This document shows positions 17,755 through 27,808 of a stretch of DNA of 64,000 nucleotides, one piece after another; within the stretch, counting starts at the first letter, position 1; each line of letters opens with the position of its first letter. Where the stretch lies: positions 68,002-132,001 of IMG/VR virus record IMGVR_UViG_3300008108_000037. One strand, written 5' to 3'. Under the pieces are notes generated by a model. The model did not search any database. It saw only the letters and a list, made by a program, of their open reading frames with translations, and had not been told where the DNA came from. The DNA is from a virus (Duplodnaviria; Heunggongvirae; Uroviricota; Caudoviricetes). A program made the position numbers and the translations under genes.

Positions 17755-19532
17755 ATTAATATTTTATCTATGACCTCTGTTTCACCTCCGGGGAACACCG
17801 CTATATCTTCGAACAGAACCTCATTGTCCCCAAGTCCCCCTAATTTTAATTGTTTTTTGAGAGTTATAAAATTCCTAAATTTGCATATCTGAAAATTAAG
17901 AGGGGTAGTTTGATTCTTTACTCCAATCTCTTTTAAATAGTGATAAAAAACTAACTCAGGTATCAGGTGGTTTCTGCTTTCTTCAAACGTTCTAATGTCT
18001 ATACTTGGTAGGTGCCTATAAAAATCGCAAATTTTATCGAACGTTAAAGAATCTGAAAACCAAAACACATCACCAATTGCAAAATGAGGGTAAACATCAA
18101 TTTTTCTATTATGTATAGAAAATATAGTATTTGGTTTAACAGTTGATAAAATTTCGATTAAATCAAAAACCTGTCCCCATGGAACATATTGATCGTACCG
18201 TAATCTGATACAAACATCATATTCGAAATTATTTTCTATCTCGTATTGTCTTTTCAATTCGCACGATCTCATCACTGCATAAAACTGGTTTGCACACCAA
18301 GTAATGGGCGGACCTTCATTTTCTGGATATCTCTCCTCTGCAATGTCAATAACATCCTGGTTTACTCTTTGATTTTTTTCAAAATCCTCAATTAGATATT
18401 TTTTCGGTTTGTATATTTTAATTATTTCATTTAATTTATCATCGTCGTACGGAGTTACTCTATTATTGGCGGTTACATCCAATATTGGTCTGGATTCGCT
18501 TTCAAAATTCCAAGCATGGCAGAAAAAGTCGACAGTGCTATTAGGATCACTTTCAACTTTATTTTTTAGCTTTATTATGTTGTGGTAGCATTTTTCATAA
18601 GTTCTGAATTGACCACTTAAGCAGATAGCAATTTTCATAGTTCTTAATTTTTTTAACACATTGGGTGAAAACCCGGTCTTTTCAAAAATTTCTTTTTTGA
18701 ATTTCAAAAGTAGATTGTATCCGATGTGTTTGACGTTTGATAATTTTTGAAACTCGTGATTATATAATATTCTATTGATTTCAACACACTCCCTAAAATT
18801 ATCCACTGGATGATAACCCAGGGAGAATTCTCTAAAGATTGTCCACTTATACTCCATTTCATTTAGAAACTCTATAGATTCTATATTATTTTCCTTGAGA
18901 TAATCATCAAAAAACACGTGATAAAGATCTTTGCTTTTATCTGTTGTGATAATATAGTTATGAAACAATGAAGCCTTATCCATAACTGAGGAATTTGACA
19001 TAAATACCACATCATGCAGCATTCTGCTTGAAGGATTCTCAAATTCTGTTATTGTGTCGACTAAAAAAATACCATTTTTGATAAAAGAAATGTTGTCGTG
19101 AATTATATTTTTTAATTTAATCGACGGATCATATATGCAATCCATTCTCATTTTTATTACAACGTCGTATTGAAAATTGTTTTCCTCTTCGTATTTCTTT
19201 TTTAAATTAACACTTTCATACCAGCTGTACCACATCGGGGAATTTGATGTCCCCTTTTTTAGAGACAAATCGTAATAGTCCTCGTAAATATCAACCTTAG
19301 TTTTTTTTGGTTTGTATATGTTATTAATTTTTATGTAATCATTTAGTTCTACCTTCTTGATATGGGTATATTCATGTTCGGGTCTTTCGTCCCCAAAAAA
19401 TCTTTTACCGTCATTAATATCCCACGTGTGTATAAAATAGTCGGCCTCACATCCCTCAATAAAATTGAGTATGTTGATGGAAGAATCAACTGCCCTTCTT
19501 ATTTGACCACTAAAGCAAATCGCAATTTTCAT
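17751..19532 (-). CDS. hypothetical protein with internally duplicated ~290-aa domain
   Basis: Two repeats each starting MKIAIC(F/L)SGQ(I/F)R and containing (Y/F)F(I/C)H(T/A)W(D/N); no known family recognised. Confidence 0.3.
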   Translation of the reverse strand: MKIAICFSGQIRRAVDSSINILNFIEGCEADYFIHTWDINDGKRFFGDERPEHEYTHIKKVELNDYIKINNIYKPKKTKVDIYEDYYDLSLKKGTSNSPMWYSWYESVNLKKKYEEENNFQYDVVIKMRMDCIYDPSIKLKNIIHDNISFIKNGIFLVDTITEFENPSSRMLHDVVFMSNSSVMDKASLFHNYIITTDKSKDLYHVFFDDYLKENNIESIEFLNEMEYKWTIFREFSLGYHPVDNFRECVEINRILYNHEFQKLSNVKHIGYNLLLKFKKEIFEKTGFSPNVLKKLRTMKIAICLSGQFRTYEKCYHNIIKLKNKVESDPNSTVDFFCHAWNFESESRPILDVTANNRVTPYDDDKLNEIIKIYKPKKYLIEDFEKNQRVNQDVIDIAEERYPENEGPPITWCANQFYAVMRSCELKRQYEIENNFEYDVCIRLRYDQYVPWGQVFDLIEILSTVKPNTIFSIHNRKIDVYPHFAIGDVFWFSDSLTFDKICDFYRHLPSIDIRTFEESRNHLIPELVFYHYLKEIGVKNQTTPLNFQICKFRNFITLKKQLKLGGLGDNEVLFEDIAVFPGGETEVIDKILI

Positions 19533-20679
19533 ACTCTAATAAATAATCTCCAATGTCTAGATTTCTTATAGAATCCATCATTTTTAAAAAATTGGAAGAT
19601 TTTTTTTCTAAATTCCCATCTTTTTTATTTTCTATCTCGTACATAAATCTATTTCTGTCGCCATCTCCCAATTTGTAGATTTGCTCCATTGCAAGATCCT
19701 TCAGCTTTGGGTGTAAACAAGATATGTGTAAGTAATTGGGGCTATAGACAAAATTATATTCAATTTGTTCACCGGAAAAAAACTCTCTAAAATTCCACAC
19801 ATTACAAACATTCAAAACACTTATTGTCTGGGTTATAGTAATTTGTAATTTTTCTTTTTTCAGTTTTAAAAAATTATCATACACAACTTCCCATTTTGAA
19901 GGATATCTTATATAATCATTCCTATTTCCAACGTCGTCTATAGAAAGCTGTAGTTTTACCTCCCGAAATTCTCTTAACAGCTCTAAAAACCTGTCTGGTA
20001 AATTTGTACAGTTTATGTTATATACCAGCTTTATATTTTTTGATTTGTCTAGAGAAATCAACTTCTCCAAAAAGTAAAAATGCTCCTTTATCAACGTTGG
20101 TTCTCCCCCGTTGATGTAAATTTCCTCCAATTCGCTAGAATGCTTTAATAATTCATCATACCATTCTTTGTTTTTAAACCAATCGCTTTTATAATCTTCA
20201 TAGTTGTAATGATCGTCTCCGAACGTGGACGGAAATCTTTTAACATCTTCTATCCACTTGCTACTTGACATCGGGTTGCATGTTAAACACTTTATGTTAC
20301 AAACATTACCGAGTCTTAATTCGATAAACTTAAGATGTATATTTGGGAGTTTTTCGCTTATACTTATTTTATTGAGATATTTAGCATTTTCTTCATCTCT
20401 TTTACTCTTGAATCCGTTTTCTTCTATCCTGTAACAACCTATACATTCGATAGGTTTCTCATTATTCATCATCTTTCTTCTAATTTCTGTGAAAGAATCA
20501 GAATTCATAATGTCTTCTATGCTATCCTTACCTAGGGTTAATACTCTATTTTTAGTTTTGGAGAAACAAACCCCATTTTCAAAATTAGCAATACAACAAG
20601 GTGACACCAGCCCGTTAGGATGAGTTGCTAAATGCGTAAACGGTAACGAACATATAGTTTTTAAATTTGTGTCCACCAT
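19510..20679 (-). CDS. radical SAM enzyme with N-terminal Cys-rich extension (short subfamily)
   Basis: CSLPFTHLATHPNGLVSPCC and CIGCYRIEE precede LGNVCNIKCLTC (CX3CX2C); IYINGGEPTL (GGEP SAM-binding glycine motif). Confidence 0.6.
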   Translation of the reverse strand: MVDTNLKTICSLPFTHLATHPNGLVSPCCIANFENGVCFSKTKNRVLTLGKDSIEDIMNSDSFTEIRRKMMNNEKPIECIGCYRIEENGFKSKRDEENAKYLNKISISEKLPNIHLKFIELRLGNVCNIKCLTCNPMSSSKWIEDVKRFPSTFGDDHYNYEDYKSDWFKNKEWYDELLKHSSELEEIYINGGEPTLIKEHFYFLEKLISLDKSKNIKLVYNINCTNLPDRFLELLREFREVKLQLSIDDVGNRNDYIRYPSKWEVVYDNFLKLKKEKLQITITQTISVLNVCNVWNFREFFSGEQIEYNFVYSPNYLHISCLHPKLKDLAMEQIYKLGDGDRNRFMYEIENKKDGNLEKKSSNFLKMMDSIRNLDIGDYLLEYENCDLL

Positions 20680-21998
20680 TCTAATAATTTTTTGTTTTGT
20701 CCTAGAATATTCTCAAATGTTAATGATCCATTTAAACCGTCCTTTCTGAACTCTGCTATTCTTATCATGTTTTCTTTCCCTCTCTTTCTGCCCTCTTTAT
20801 AATCTGGATACGATTCTTCGAAAGTTTTTTTGGTTTTTAAATCTTCTAAAGCCTCCACATAAATTTGGGTTTTCGATGTAACCCTTGGCTTAATGTAATC
20901 TAGGGTATCGTCTATAATTTCTTCGAGGATGGACCTAGGTATTGACAATGGAGACATAAGAACAGAGGAATCGAAAGAAAAAGTTGTTTTTATATAGGTT
21001 ACTACATTTAATTCCACTGCACGATCGAATAATTCTTTTATAGACAGTAGGCCTGGAAGAGTTATTGTAAGATCAAAAACCATTCCATGATCGCCGTATA
21101 AATCGTTTAGAAAAAGACCTCCCTTAAAATTATCTAGCCACTTTTCCCACACTATTCCAGTTCTGATAAATTCAACAATTTTTCCAGTTCCATCTATACT
21201 TGCACACAGATTTACCCTTTTAAAATGAGGCAGAAAATCATATAGATTCATTCCTTTATATGATACCCTGCTTAAATTTGTGTTGTATCTTATTATAACA
21301 TTCTTGGATTGATTATTATCAACCAAATACTTCATGATATCCCAATGAATGTCCCACATCAATGGTTCACCACCTACCCAATATATTTCTTCTATTCTAT
21401 TCTCTTTCACTGCTTCCCAAAGTTCGTTTTCAGTAACTTCTTTCTGGAATTTTTTAAATTTTTCTTGATTTTCTTTTTTATAAAATGGCTCGGTTTCTAA
21501 ATTAATGTTGCCCATTATTTTTCTTTCCGCCTCCCACTGTGAACTTAACAAGTCGCCACACATTCTACATTTAAAATTACACAGATTACTTATCCGATAG
21601 TCATATGATATTGGTTTCATGTGAGTGTAACCATCATCTTCCGTTTTTTCGAATATCTCGTCTATTTTGTGGGGAAAAAGTGTATTGGTGAAATAACCTT
21701 TGTATGTGTAAAGATTTAGAATTTGATCGTTACAAACCTGACATTGTGGAATTGACTCTCCGGACATTATTCTTTTTCTAATGTTTTTCATATAATCACT
21801 ATTCCAATGATCCTCCAGCGAAACTGGTTTAAAATGTGAGTTATCGTCAGGATTTTCAGAATCTATGTACTGTTTAATATAGTTTGCCTTTTCCCTACTT
21901 GCACAACATAATCTTCTTTCCCCCTGTGGGGAAAGATATGTGTGTGTCCACGGTGCTGTACAAAAAAATTCATTTCCATCCGAAGGTTTTATTCTCAT
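20661..21998 (-). CDS. radical SAM enzyme with N-terminal Cys-rich extension (short subfamily)
   Basis: FCTAPWTHTYLSPQGERRLCC, CQVCNDQ, then ISNLCNFKCRMC (CX3CX2C), IYWVGGEPLM. Confidence 0.6.
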   Translation of the reverse strand: MRIKPSDGNEFFCTAPWTHTYLSPQGERRLCCASREKANYIKQYIDSENPDDNSHFKPVSLEDHWNSDYMKNIRKRIMSGESIPQCQVCNDQILNLYTYKGYFTNTLFPHKIDEIFEKTEDDGYTHMKPISYDYRISNLCNFKCRMCGDLLSSQWEAERKIMGNINLETEPFYKKENQEKFKKFQKEVTENELWEAVKENRIEEIYWVGGEPLMWDIHWDIMKYLVDNNQSKNVIIRYNTNLSRVSYKGMNLYDFLPHFKRVNLCASIDGTGKIVEFIRTGIVWEKWLDNFKGGLFLNDLYGDHGMVFDLTITLPGLLSIKELFDRAVELNVVTYIKTTFSFDSSVLMSPLSIPRSILEEIIDDTLDYIKPRVTSKTQIYVEALEDLKTKKTFEESYPDYKEGRKRGKENMIRIAEFRKDGLNGSLTFENILGQNKKLLEWWTQI

Positions 21999-22915
21999 AT
22001 TAATCTGCTAGATTTTATTATATTCTGCGTATAGAGATCACCCCTTCCGTTTGAAATCCATTCATACAACAATTCTGCCCATAATTTGTGCGATTTGGGT
22101 GTTGGATGTACACCATATAATCTTTCCTCCAACGGTATCTGTTTTATATAATTTAAAAATGAATTTGATGGCTTGTCTTTCATCAGAAAATTGGATTCTG
22201 GTACATGGTCCCATTTTAATTTACTCATACGGTATAGATCCTCCCCCCAAATACCTTCAACATATTTGAAAGAATCTATCCATTTCATAATATTTAAGTC
22301 TATAAATTTTCTTTCCATTTTATAGATATGATGTTCCTCAGGTAAAGCATTGAACAAATAACATGGAATTCCGTACTTATCGCAAAACGTACGTATTTCA
22401 AAATTGTAGTTTATGAAATCGTACGCTCCTTCATAGTCATTTTGAACAACCGATAAATACCACTTAAAGAATTCCCTCATTCCATATTCCTCTTTATTGA
22501 AATCTCCGTTACTGTTTAGAGTTTTTCGGTATATTTTATTATGAGTATTGAAAAAAAATTCCTTTCTAACTATAGAGGTCCATCCAATGACTACAATGAT
22601 GTCATCTGGAGTTTTATTAGGGACAATGTAGTTTTCAAGTAGCCAGTTTAAAAGTGTTTCAAAAATCCATTTGTTACCTACTGCAGGCTTGGCTAAATTT
22701 ATAACCTCTTTTGCCCCTATTAATTCTTTTAAATATGTTGGCCAAATTCTTTCAATCCTATATTGATCGTTTTTTGCGTCAGTATCTTCTTCTATTATCC
22801 CGTTAAATTTATTTATTTGGTGAGGCTTTGATGGAGCTTCCAAAAACTGTGGGTCCACAATTTCACTACCATATGTAAAGCTATCTCCGCACACAACTAA
22901 TTTCATTTCACTCAT
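21995..22915 (-). CDS. SGNH/GDSL-family hydrolase-like protein
   Basis: N-terminal KLVVCGDSFTYGSE. Confidence 0.5.
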   Translation of the reverse strand: MSEMKLVVCGDSFTYGSEIVDPQFLEAPSKPHQINKFNGIIEEDTDAKNDQYRIERIWPTYLKELIGAKEVINLAKPAVGNKWIFETLLNWLLENYIVPNKTPDDIIVVIGWTSIVRKEFFFNTHNKIYRKTLNSNGDFNKEEYGMREFFKWYLSVVQNDYEGAYDFINYNFEIRTFCDKYGIPCYLFNALPEEHHIYKMERKFIDLNIMKWIDSFKYVEGIWGEDLYRMSKLKWDHVPESNFLMKDKPSNSFLNYIKQIPLEERLYGVHPTPKSHKLWAELLYEWISNGRGDLYTQNIIKSSRLI

Positions 22916-24467
22916 CTTTAATATATTTTAGCATTTCATCCTGGATATCGGGTTCGATGTAATCCTGAGATCCTGGATTGCTATTTTGAGGATCTAATAC
23001 CCATCCCTCTTTTTTTGCGGTTTCTATCACATCGTCGACATATTTATTAGATTTAGCATCGTCACCATCAACCATTCCTATTTCAAGGGGCTCTATTTTT
23101 GTTTCAGGTATCGAATCGAACCATTCTGATAACATCGGGAATGATTCTTTAAAATTCCTATTTCTTCTTATGTCATATTGAATATAAAAAGATTTAAAAT
23201 CTCTTTCTCTAGATTCAATAGATGATGTAAATCTATGCCCAGTTTCAACTTCTCTTATGTAAGCAATCATTCTGATTATTCCATCTCTCTCAATATCTAG
23301 TAAATCAGAAATATTCTTACTTAGCCATCCCTCTATATGATTTGCTCGTTCAATTCTTATGTCTTGCGGTAGTGTAACTATAGACTGAAAGCTTGGAAAC
23401 CTTAATATATTAAAAGAACAAATCGGGAAATGCTTGCCAAATTTTTTCTTCATTTTAATTACCTCATCCATAAATTCAGTAAGACTAAACAGACACAAAG
23501 AATTTATAGTCATCATTACGTTTAGGGATGCCAATTTACCTTCTTCACAAACCCTGTACATATTTTTAAGCCATTTTTCCCAGATTAATCCATATCTGAT
23601 ATACTCAGCTTGCTTCCCTGTTGCTTCGCATGATGTGTAGAGATGAAACGTTTTAAAGCTGTGTGTCGACTTAATAAGTTCTTCCAAGAGTTCGTCTTTC
23701 TGTCCTAGATTGGAGTTAACTGCAAATTCCACACTACAATCCTTATTGGTTTCCCACCATTTCATCAGTTTCCAGAAATCTTGAGACATTGTTGGTTCAC
23801 CTCCTGTTACTCTCAATTCTCTTAAAGAATATTGAAGCTCTCCCTCCCACCATTTCCAAAATGCTTCGATGTATGGATTTCCGATATTTTTTTTACCGTA
23901 TGGGAGAGAGTGCGAACCATCATGCTGGAAAGCAGCTGCACCATCACTTACTAAATTCTGATATGGGCCGAACTTTTTTATATCATTTTGCCAGGTTGTA
24001 GAAAATGAAGAATTGCAGTAAGAGCATGCAAAGTTACAATTGGGATCGAATGCAATTTCTAATGTTTTTAGATCCACGTCTTGCTGCCATCCGAGTTTGT
24101 TCTTGGCATCTTTTAGTTCTTCATCGGTGTAAATAACAGATTTATAAACCCGATCAGAAACTTTGTCGCTTCCCATGTCCTCTATTTTCCAGCAATACTC
24201 GCATTCTTTAGGTCTTTCTCCCTCCAGCATTTGTTTTCTGACCAATTTTTTATAGCTAGTGTTGTGTATTGCTTTATAACTTTGCGCAACTTCTGCGAGG
24301 GGTATTTTATGAGCTGGGGGGTGATGGCAACTAGCTGTAGTTCCGTTTCCTAACCAGATTGTTGCGTTATACCATTTAGCACCACAGAAGGAAGGGGAAA
24401 CAGAGTTTATCGCTCTGTCCCTATATTCTTGGTAGCTCTCCTCTCCTTTTTTTGCAAATATTCCCAT
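22908..24467 (-). CDS. radical SAM enzyme with N-terminal Cys/His-rich extension (long subfamily)
   Basis: SFCGAKWYNATIWLGNGTTASCHHPPAHKIPL, ECEYCWKIED, then FDPNCNFACSYC (CX3CX2C), LRVTGGEPTM. Confidence 0.6.
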   Translation of the reverse strand: MGIFAKKGEESYQEYRDRAINSVSPSFCGAKWYNATIWLGNGTTASCHHPPAHKIPLAEVAQSYKAIHNTSYKKLVRKQMLEGERPKECEYCWKIEDMGSDKVSDRVYKSVIYTDEELKDAKNKLGWQQDVDLKTLEIAFDPNCNFACSYCNSSFSTTWQNDIKKFGPYQNLVSDGAAAFQHDGSHSLPYGKKNIGNPYIEAFWKWWEGELQYSLRELRVTGGEPTMSQDFWKLMKWWETNKDCSVEFAVNSNLGQKDELLEELIKSTHSFKTFHLYTSCEATGKQAEYIRYGLIWEKWLKNMYRVCEEGKLASLNVMMTINSLCLFSLTEFMDEVIKMKKKFGKHFPICSFNILRFPSFQSIVTLPQDIRIERANHIEGWLSKNISDLLDIERDGIIRMIAYIREVETGHRFTSSIESRERDFKSFYIQYDIRRNRNFKESFPMLSEWFDSIPETKIEPLEIGMVDGDDAKSNKYVDDVIETAKKEGWVLDPQNSNPGSQDYIEPDIQDEMLKYIKDE

Positions 24468-24468
24468 G

Positions 24469-25122
24469 TTAAATTATTTTGGCGCTAGGCGCTATTTTAT
24501 TGAATTCGTTGATCGAATGGCTAGAGTATTCTGGATCTTCAAATATAATTCCATGATTTCCGTTCCCACTTTTATCGAATGTTTTAAATTTTGAATTTCT
24601 TTCAAAATCAAAAAACGAGTACAGCTTTTTTGATTTCTCGTCAAAGGAATCGACGATTTCATCGAAAACTGCAATTTTATAAATATCCCCTTTGAACCAG
24701 CATTCATAAGATCCACTGTATGGATTTATAGATCCTATAAAAATATTCTTGTCTGAATAAGATTCAATTGGACCGGTTTCTTTTTCACCTTTTAAAATTC
24801 CATCGATGTATATTTTAACAGAATCTGAAACTGTCACCATGACCTCCATTCTTTTATGTATATCATCAACAGGTATCCAAATATCGTTATATTGATAGGG
24901 TTTAGTGTACCAAGAGAATTTAACACCATTTGGTTTCTGTAAAAATATTCCCATATGGTATCCTATCCTTCCTACAATCAACGACTCATCCTCTGCAAAC
25001 TCAGAGAGTTGAAAATCCCCATAAAGAGAAAAATTCCCCTCCAGATTTTCAAAATTCTTTGTGTTCGTATTATTTTTAGAATTGTTTGGGATGTAATATG
25101 CTTTCTTTTCGAATCTCATCAA
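24469..25122 (-). CDS. LamG/concanavalin-A-like lectin-fold protein
   Basis: IYIDGILKGEK...NIFIGS...WFKGDIYKIAVFDEI matches the LamG F-x-G-x-I-D-E-hydrophobic signature. Confidence 0.4.
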   Translation of the reverse strand: MMRFEKKAYYIPNNSKNNTNTKNFENLEGNFSLYGDFQLSEFAEDESLIVGRIGYHMGIFLQKPNGVKFSWYTKPYQYNDIWIPVDDIHKRMEVMVTVSDSVKIYIDGILKGEKETGPIESYSDKNIFIGSINPYSGSYECWFKGDIYKIAVFDEIVDSFDEKSKKLYSFFDFERNSKFKTFDKSGNGNHGIIFEDPEYSSHSINEFNKIAPSAKII

Positions 25123-26501
25123 ATTATTTTTTTATAAAATTCCTCAAATTCTGGAAAAACCTTCAAAAAATTGGTGCCTCTTCTTTTATCGTGATTGTCT
25201 ACAAAAATTCGGAAATCCCTCCTGTTCTGTAATAAGGTCTCTTCAGGTTCTTCCGTTACCATCCAATCATGAATTCTATTTAACTTATTGATTTCGATGT
25301 CGGTATATCCAAATCCATCAAGACCAACTCTTATTTGTTCGTAGAAGTCCATTAGCTGAGCTTGCTCTTTTACTACTGCAGACCATTCCTTATCTAATAT
25401 TTTCACTGTCTGGTGTGGAGGCCACCTTAAATAGGACGAGTCTAACATAATAGAGGAGCCATAGTATCTGTGAGGGTTGTGATATTCTTCCTTAAGCTTT
25501 ACCACATTTTCTATTAACTTTTCATAATTAGGAACGGAAAGTGCGTTATATGTGGACATTATTATTACGGTCAGAGGCTCAATTTCTTTCAATAGAAAAT
25601 TAACTCTATCCCACCATTGGTTGAAGACCAAACCATGTCTAATGTATTCAGCTTGTTCTCCCCAGGTATCTGCACTGGTAAATAGTATCACCTCGTTTAC
25701 CCTGTTCTCGTCTATCATTCTTTTTAATTTTTCTACCATTAGATTAAAAAGCTTATCTGGTGCTCCTAAATTCGTATTGAGAGAAAAATTTAAATTTCTG
25801 TTTGGGTTTTTTTCATCCAAGATATAATCAAAAACCTTAAAAGTGTCTTTAGACAGAAGAGGTTCCCCTCCCGTTATTCTAAAAGTATGAAGATCTCTGT
25901 ATAAATCAGGCCACCATTTCCAGAAAGCCTCAACGTATGGGTTCTCCTGATTATGCGGTCTTGGGATCATGTTCAGATCCTTCAAATATTCTAAATTGTT
26001 AAATCTAAAGCTGGTAGGATATGGTCCATGCTGCTCTATTTCTTGAACCCATTGGGAAGAGAACGACGGTCCACAATACGAGCATTTAAAATTACAGTGA
26101 TTACTAAAAGCTACCTCAACATACTTAGGATTGTAATTTTCTTTCCACCCTAAATCTTTTATTTCATTAAAATATGGGGCAGACCAGGGTTCAGAAGATT
26201 TATAAATTCTATCGGAAAATGCATTTGATGTATCTTCTATATTCCAGCAATAATCGCATTCGTCTGGTCTTTTACCGTGAAGCATTTTTCTTCTCTGCTG
26301 CTTTTTATAAACTGTATTATGTAGAGCAGATGGGTTTTTTTCTAACTCTGATAGTGGGATATGATGCGTGCCTGGATGGTGACACGAATGTGTTTGTCCC
26401 ATTTGTAAATGAAGTGTTACTTGAGTCCATTTTGCTAAACAAAAGCCACATCCAACATCGTTTAATTTATTTCTAGTTTTGTCGAAAAATTCGTTTAGCA
26501 T
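25119..26501 (-). CDS. radical SAM enzyme with N-terminal Cys/His-rich extension (long subfamily)
   Basis: GCGFCLAKWTQVTLHLQMGQTHSCHHPGTHHIPL, ECDYCWNIED, then FSNHCNFKCSYC (CX3CX2C), FRITGGEPLL; paralog of 22908-24467. Confidence 0.6.
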   Translation of the reverse strand: MLNEFFDKTRNKLNDVGCGFCLAKWTQVTLHLQMGQTHSCHHPGTHHIPLSELEKNPSALHNTVYKKQQRRKMLHGKRPDECDYCWNIEDTSNAFSDRIYKSSEPWSAPYFNEIKDLGWKENYNPKYVEVAFSNHCNFKCSYCGPSFSSQWVQEIEQHGPYPTSFRFNNLEYLKDLNMIPRPHNQENPYVEAFWKWWPDLYRDLHTFRITGGEPLLSKDTFKVFDYILDEKNPNRNLNFSLNTNLGAPDKLFNLMVEKLKRMIDENRVNEVILFTSADTWGEQAEYIRHGLVFNQWWDRVNFLLKEIEPLTVIIMSTYNALSVPNYEKLIENVVKLKEEYHNPHRYYGSSIMLDSSYLRWPPHQTVKILDKEWSAVVKEQAQLMDFYEQIRVGLDGFGYTDIEINKLNRIHDWMVTEEPEETLLQNRRDFRIFVDNHDKRRGTNFLKVFPEFEEFYKKII

Positions 26502-27808
26502 TATAGTAATCTTTTTTTAATTATCGGATTGAGACTCTCCAAACAAATTAGATCGTTTGGTAAATTTCTGTGTTTTGAATTATTTGCAATCATTAAATCG
26601 TGTCTTTCTTTATGATTTACCCATGGATTATCTCCAAATAATCTTATATGTTCATTTATACTCGATATAAATATCTTCGATTCAAAGTCGTCGTTATCTA
26701 AAATAAACTCTGGAAGATGATACGAATTAACAAACGGAACAATGTAATCATAATTTCTCCTGAGAATTGATTCAAAGCTATTTTTTATATTCGCTCCGTC
26801 AAGTAATATACATCCATTCTTGACGTAGAATATTATATTCTTTTTACTATCCTTTAAAATATTTAAAATTATTTGGGATTCTAAATCTTCCGATGATGTG
26901 TCCAAGAAAACATATTCATATTCAAAATGATCAGTAATCATGCTTCTGAGCGTCTCCTTGCTGTTTTTTTCGATCACAAAATATCTAAGATTTTTAAATT
27001 TATTTTTATAAAAGTTTAGCGTAGTTTCCAAAACCCCTCCATAATTTTCTTCAGCTCCATCTACCGAAATAAAAGCACAGACCTCAGTAGAGATGCACGG
27101 TATGTCTTCATATGGTGGATAATGATTGTCTCTAAAATTTACTAGCTGTTTATAAAGAGAATTTGATATGGTTGAAGGAAATTCGCAGTTTGATAACGCA
27201 AGGCCAAAAACAGCTCCCTCTCCTCTTAAATCATCATCAGCCTCCTTCGCTACCTTTTTTCTAAGCATCGAATAAAATTCATAGGTTTCAAACAATTTGT
27301 CTATCTTTTCTTCGTCAATACCCTCGAAATTAAAATACATTAAATCTTCCCATGGAGTAACTGTATTTCTAAATTCAACATTATTTTTTATCAGCTCATC
27401 TTTAAATTTTCCAAGTTTTGGATTCGTTTCTAATAAGGCTTTGAAATGTATGCTTGTAAATCTGTTGTATGAAAATCCTGGATTAAAATTCTTAGAAATA
27501 ATATCATTTATGAATTCTTCAGAATTTATCAATATCAGATCAGAATCCATATAAAGTATTTTATTATACCCCCTTTTTCTTACCTGGTTAATGAATATAA
27601 ATTTGCTATGAAAATCAAAGGTTGTGGAAAAATCGTGCTTTATTGTTTCAACCCCTTCCATGTCTTTGAATTCTGACACATTATCAGTGTAAACAAATAT
27701 TTTAAAAGATCCACTATCAGTGAAATTCTTTATTAAAAATTTGCAGCAGGTATAATAATACTCAGTATTAGAAGCAATTGTCGCTATTGCTATTTTATTT
27801 TCCATCAT
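26501..27808 (-). CDS. putative GT-A fold glycosyltransferase (DxD)
   Basis: N-terminal IAIATIASNTEYY and ILYMDSDLILIN (DxD) resemble GT8/GT77-type nucleotide-diphospho-sugar transferases; weak. Confidence 0.3.
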   Translation of the reverse strand: MMENKIAIATIASNTEYYYTCCKFLIKNFTDSGSFKIFVYTDNVSEFKDMEGVETIKHDFSTTFDFHSKFIFINQVRKRGYNKILYMDSDLILINSEEFINDIISKNFNPGFSYNRFTSIHFKALLETNPKLGKFKDELIKNNVEFRNTVTPWEDLMYFNFEGIDEEKIDKLFETYEFYSMLRKKVAKEADDDLRGEGAVFGLALSNCEFPSTISNSLYKQLVNFRDNHYPPYEDIPCISTEVCAFISVDGAEENYGGVLETTLNFYKNKFKNLRYFVIEKNSKETLRSMITDHFEYEYVFLDTSSEDLESQIILNILKDSKKNIIFYVKNGCILLDGANIKNSFESILRRNYDYIVPFVNSYHLPEFILDNDDFESKIFISSINEHIRLFGDNPWVNHKERHDLMIANNSKHRNLPNDLICLESLNPIIKKRLL

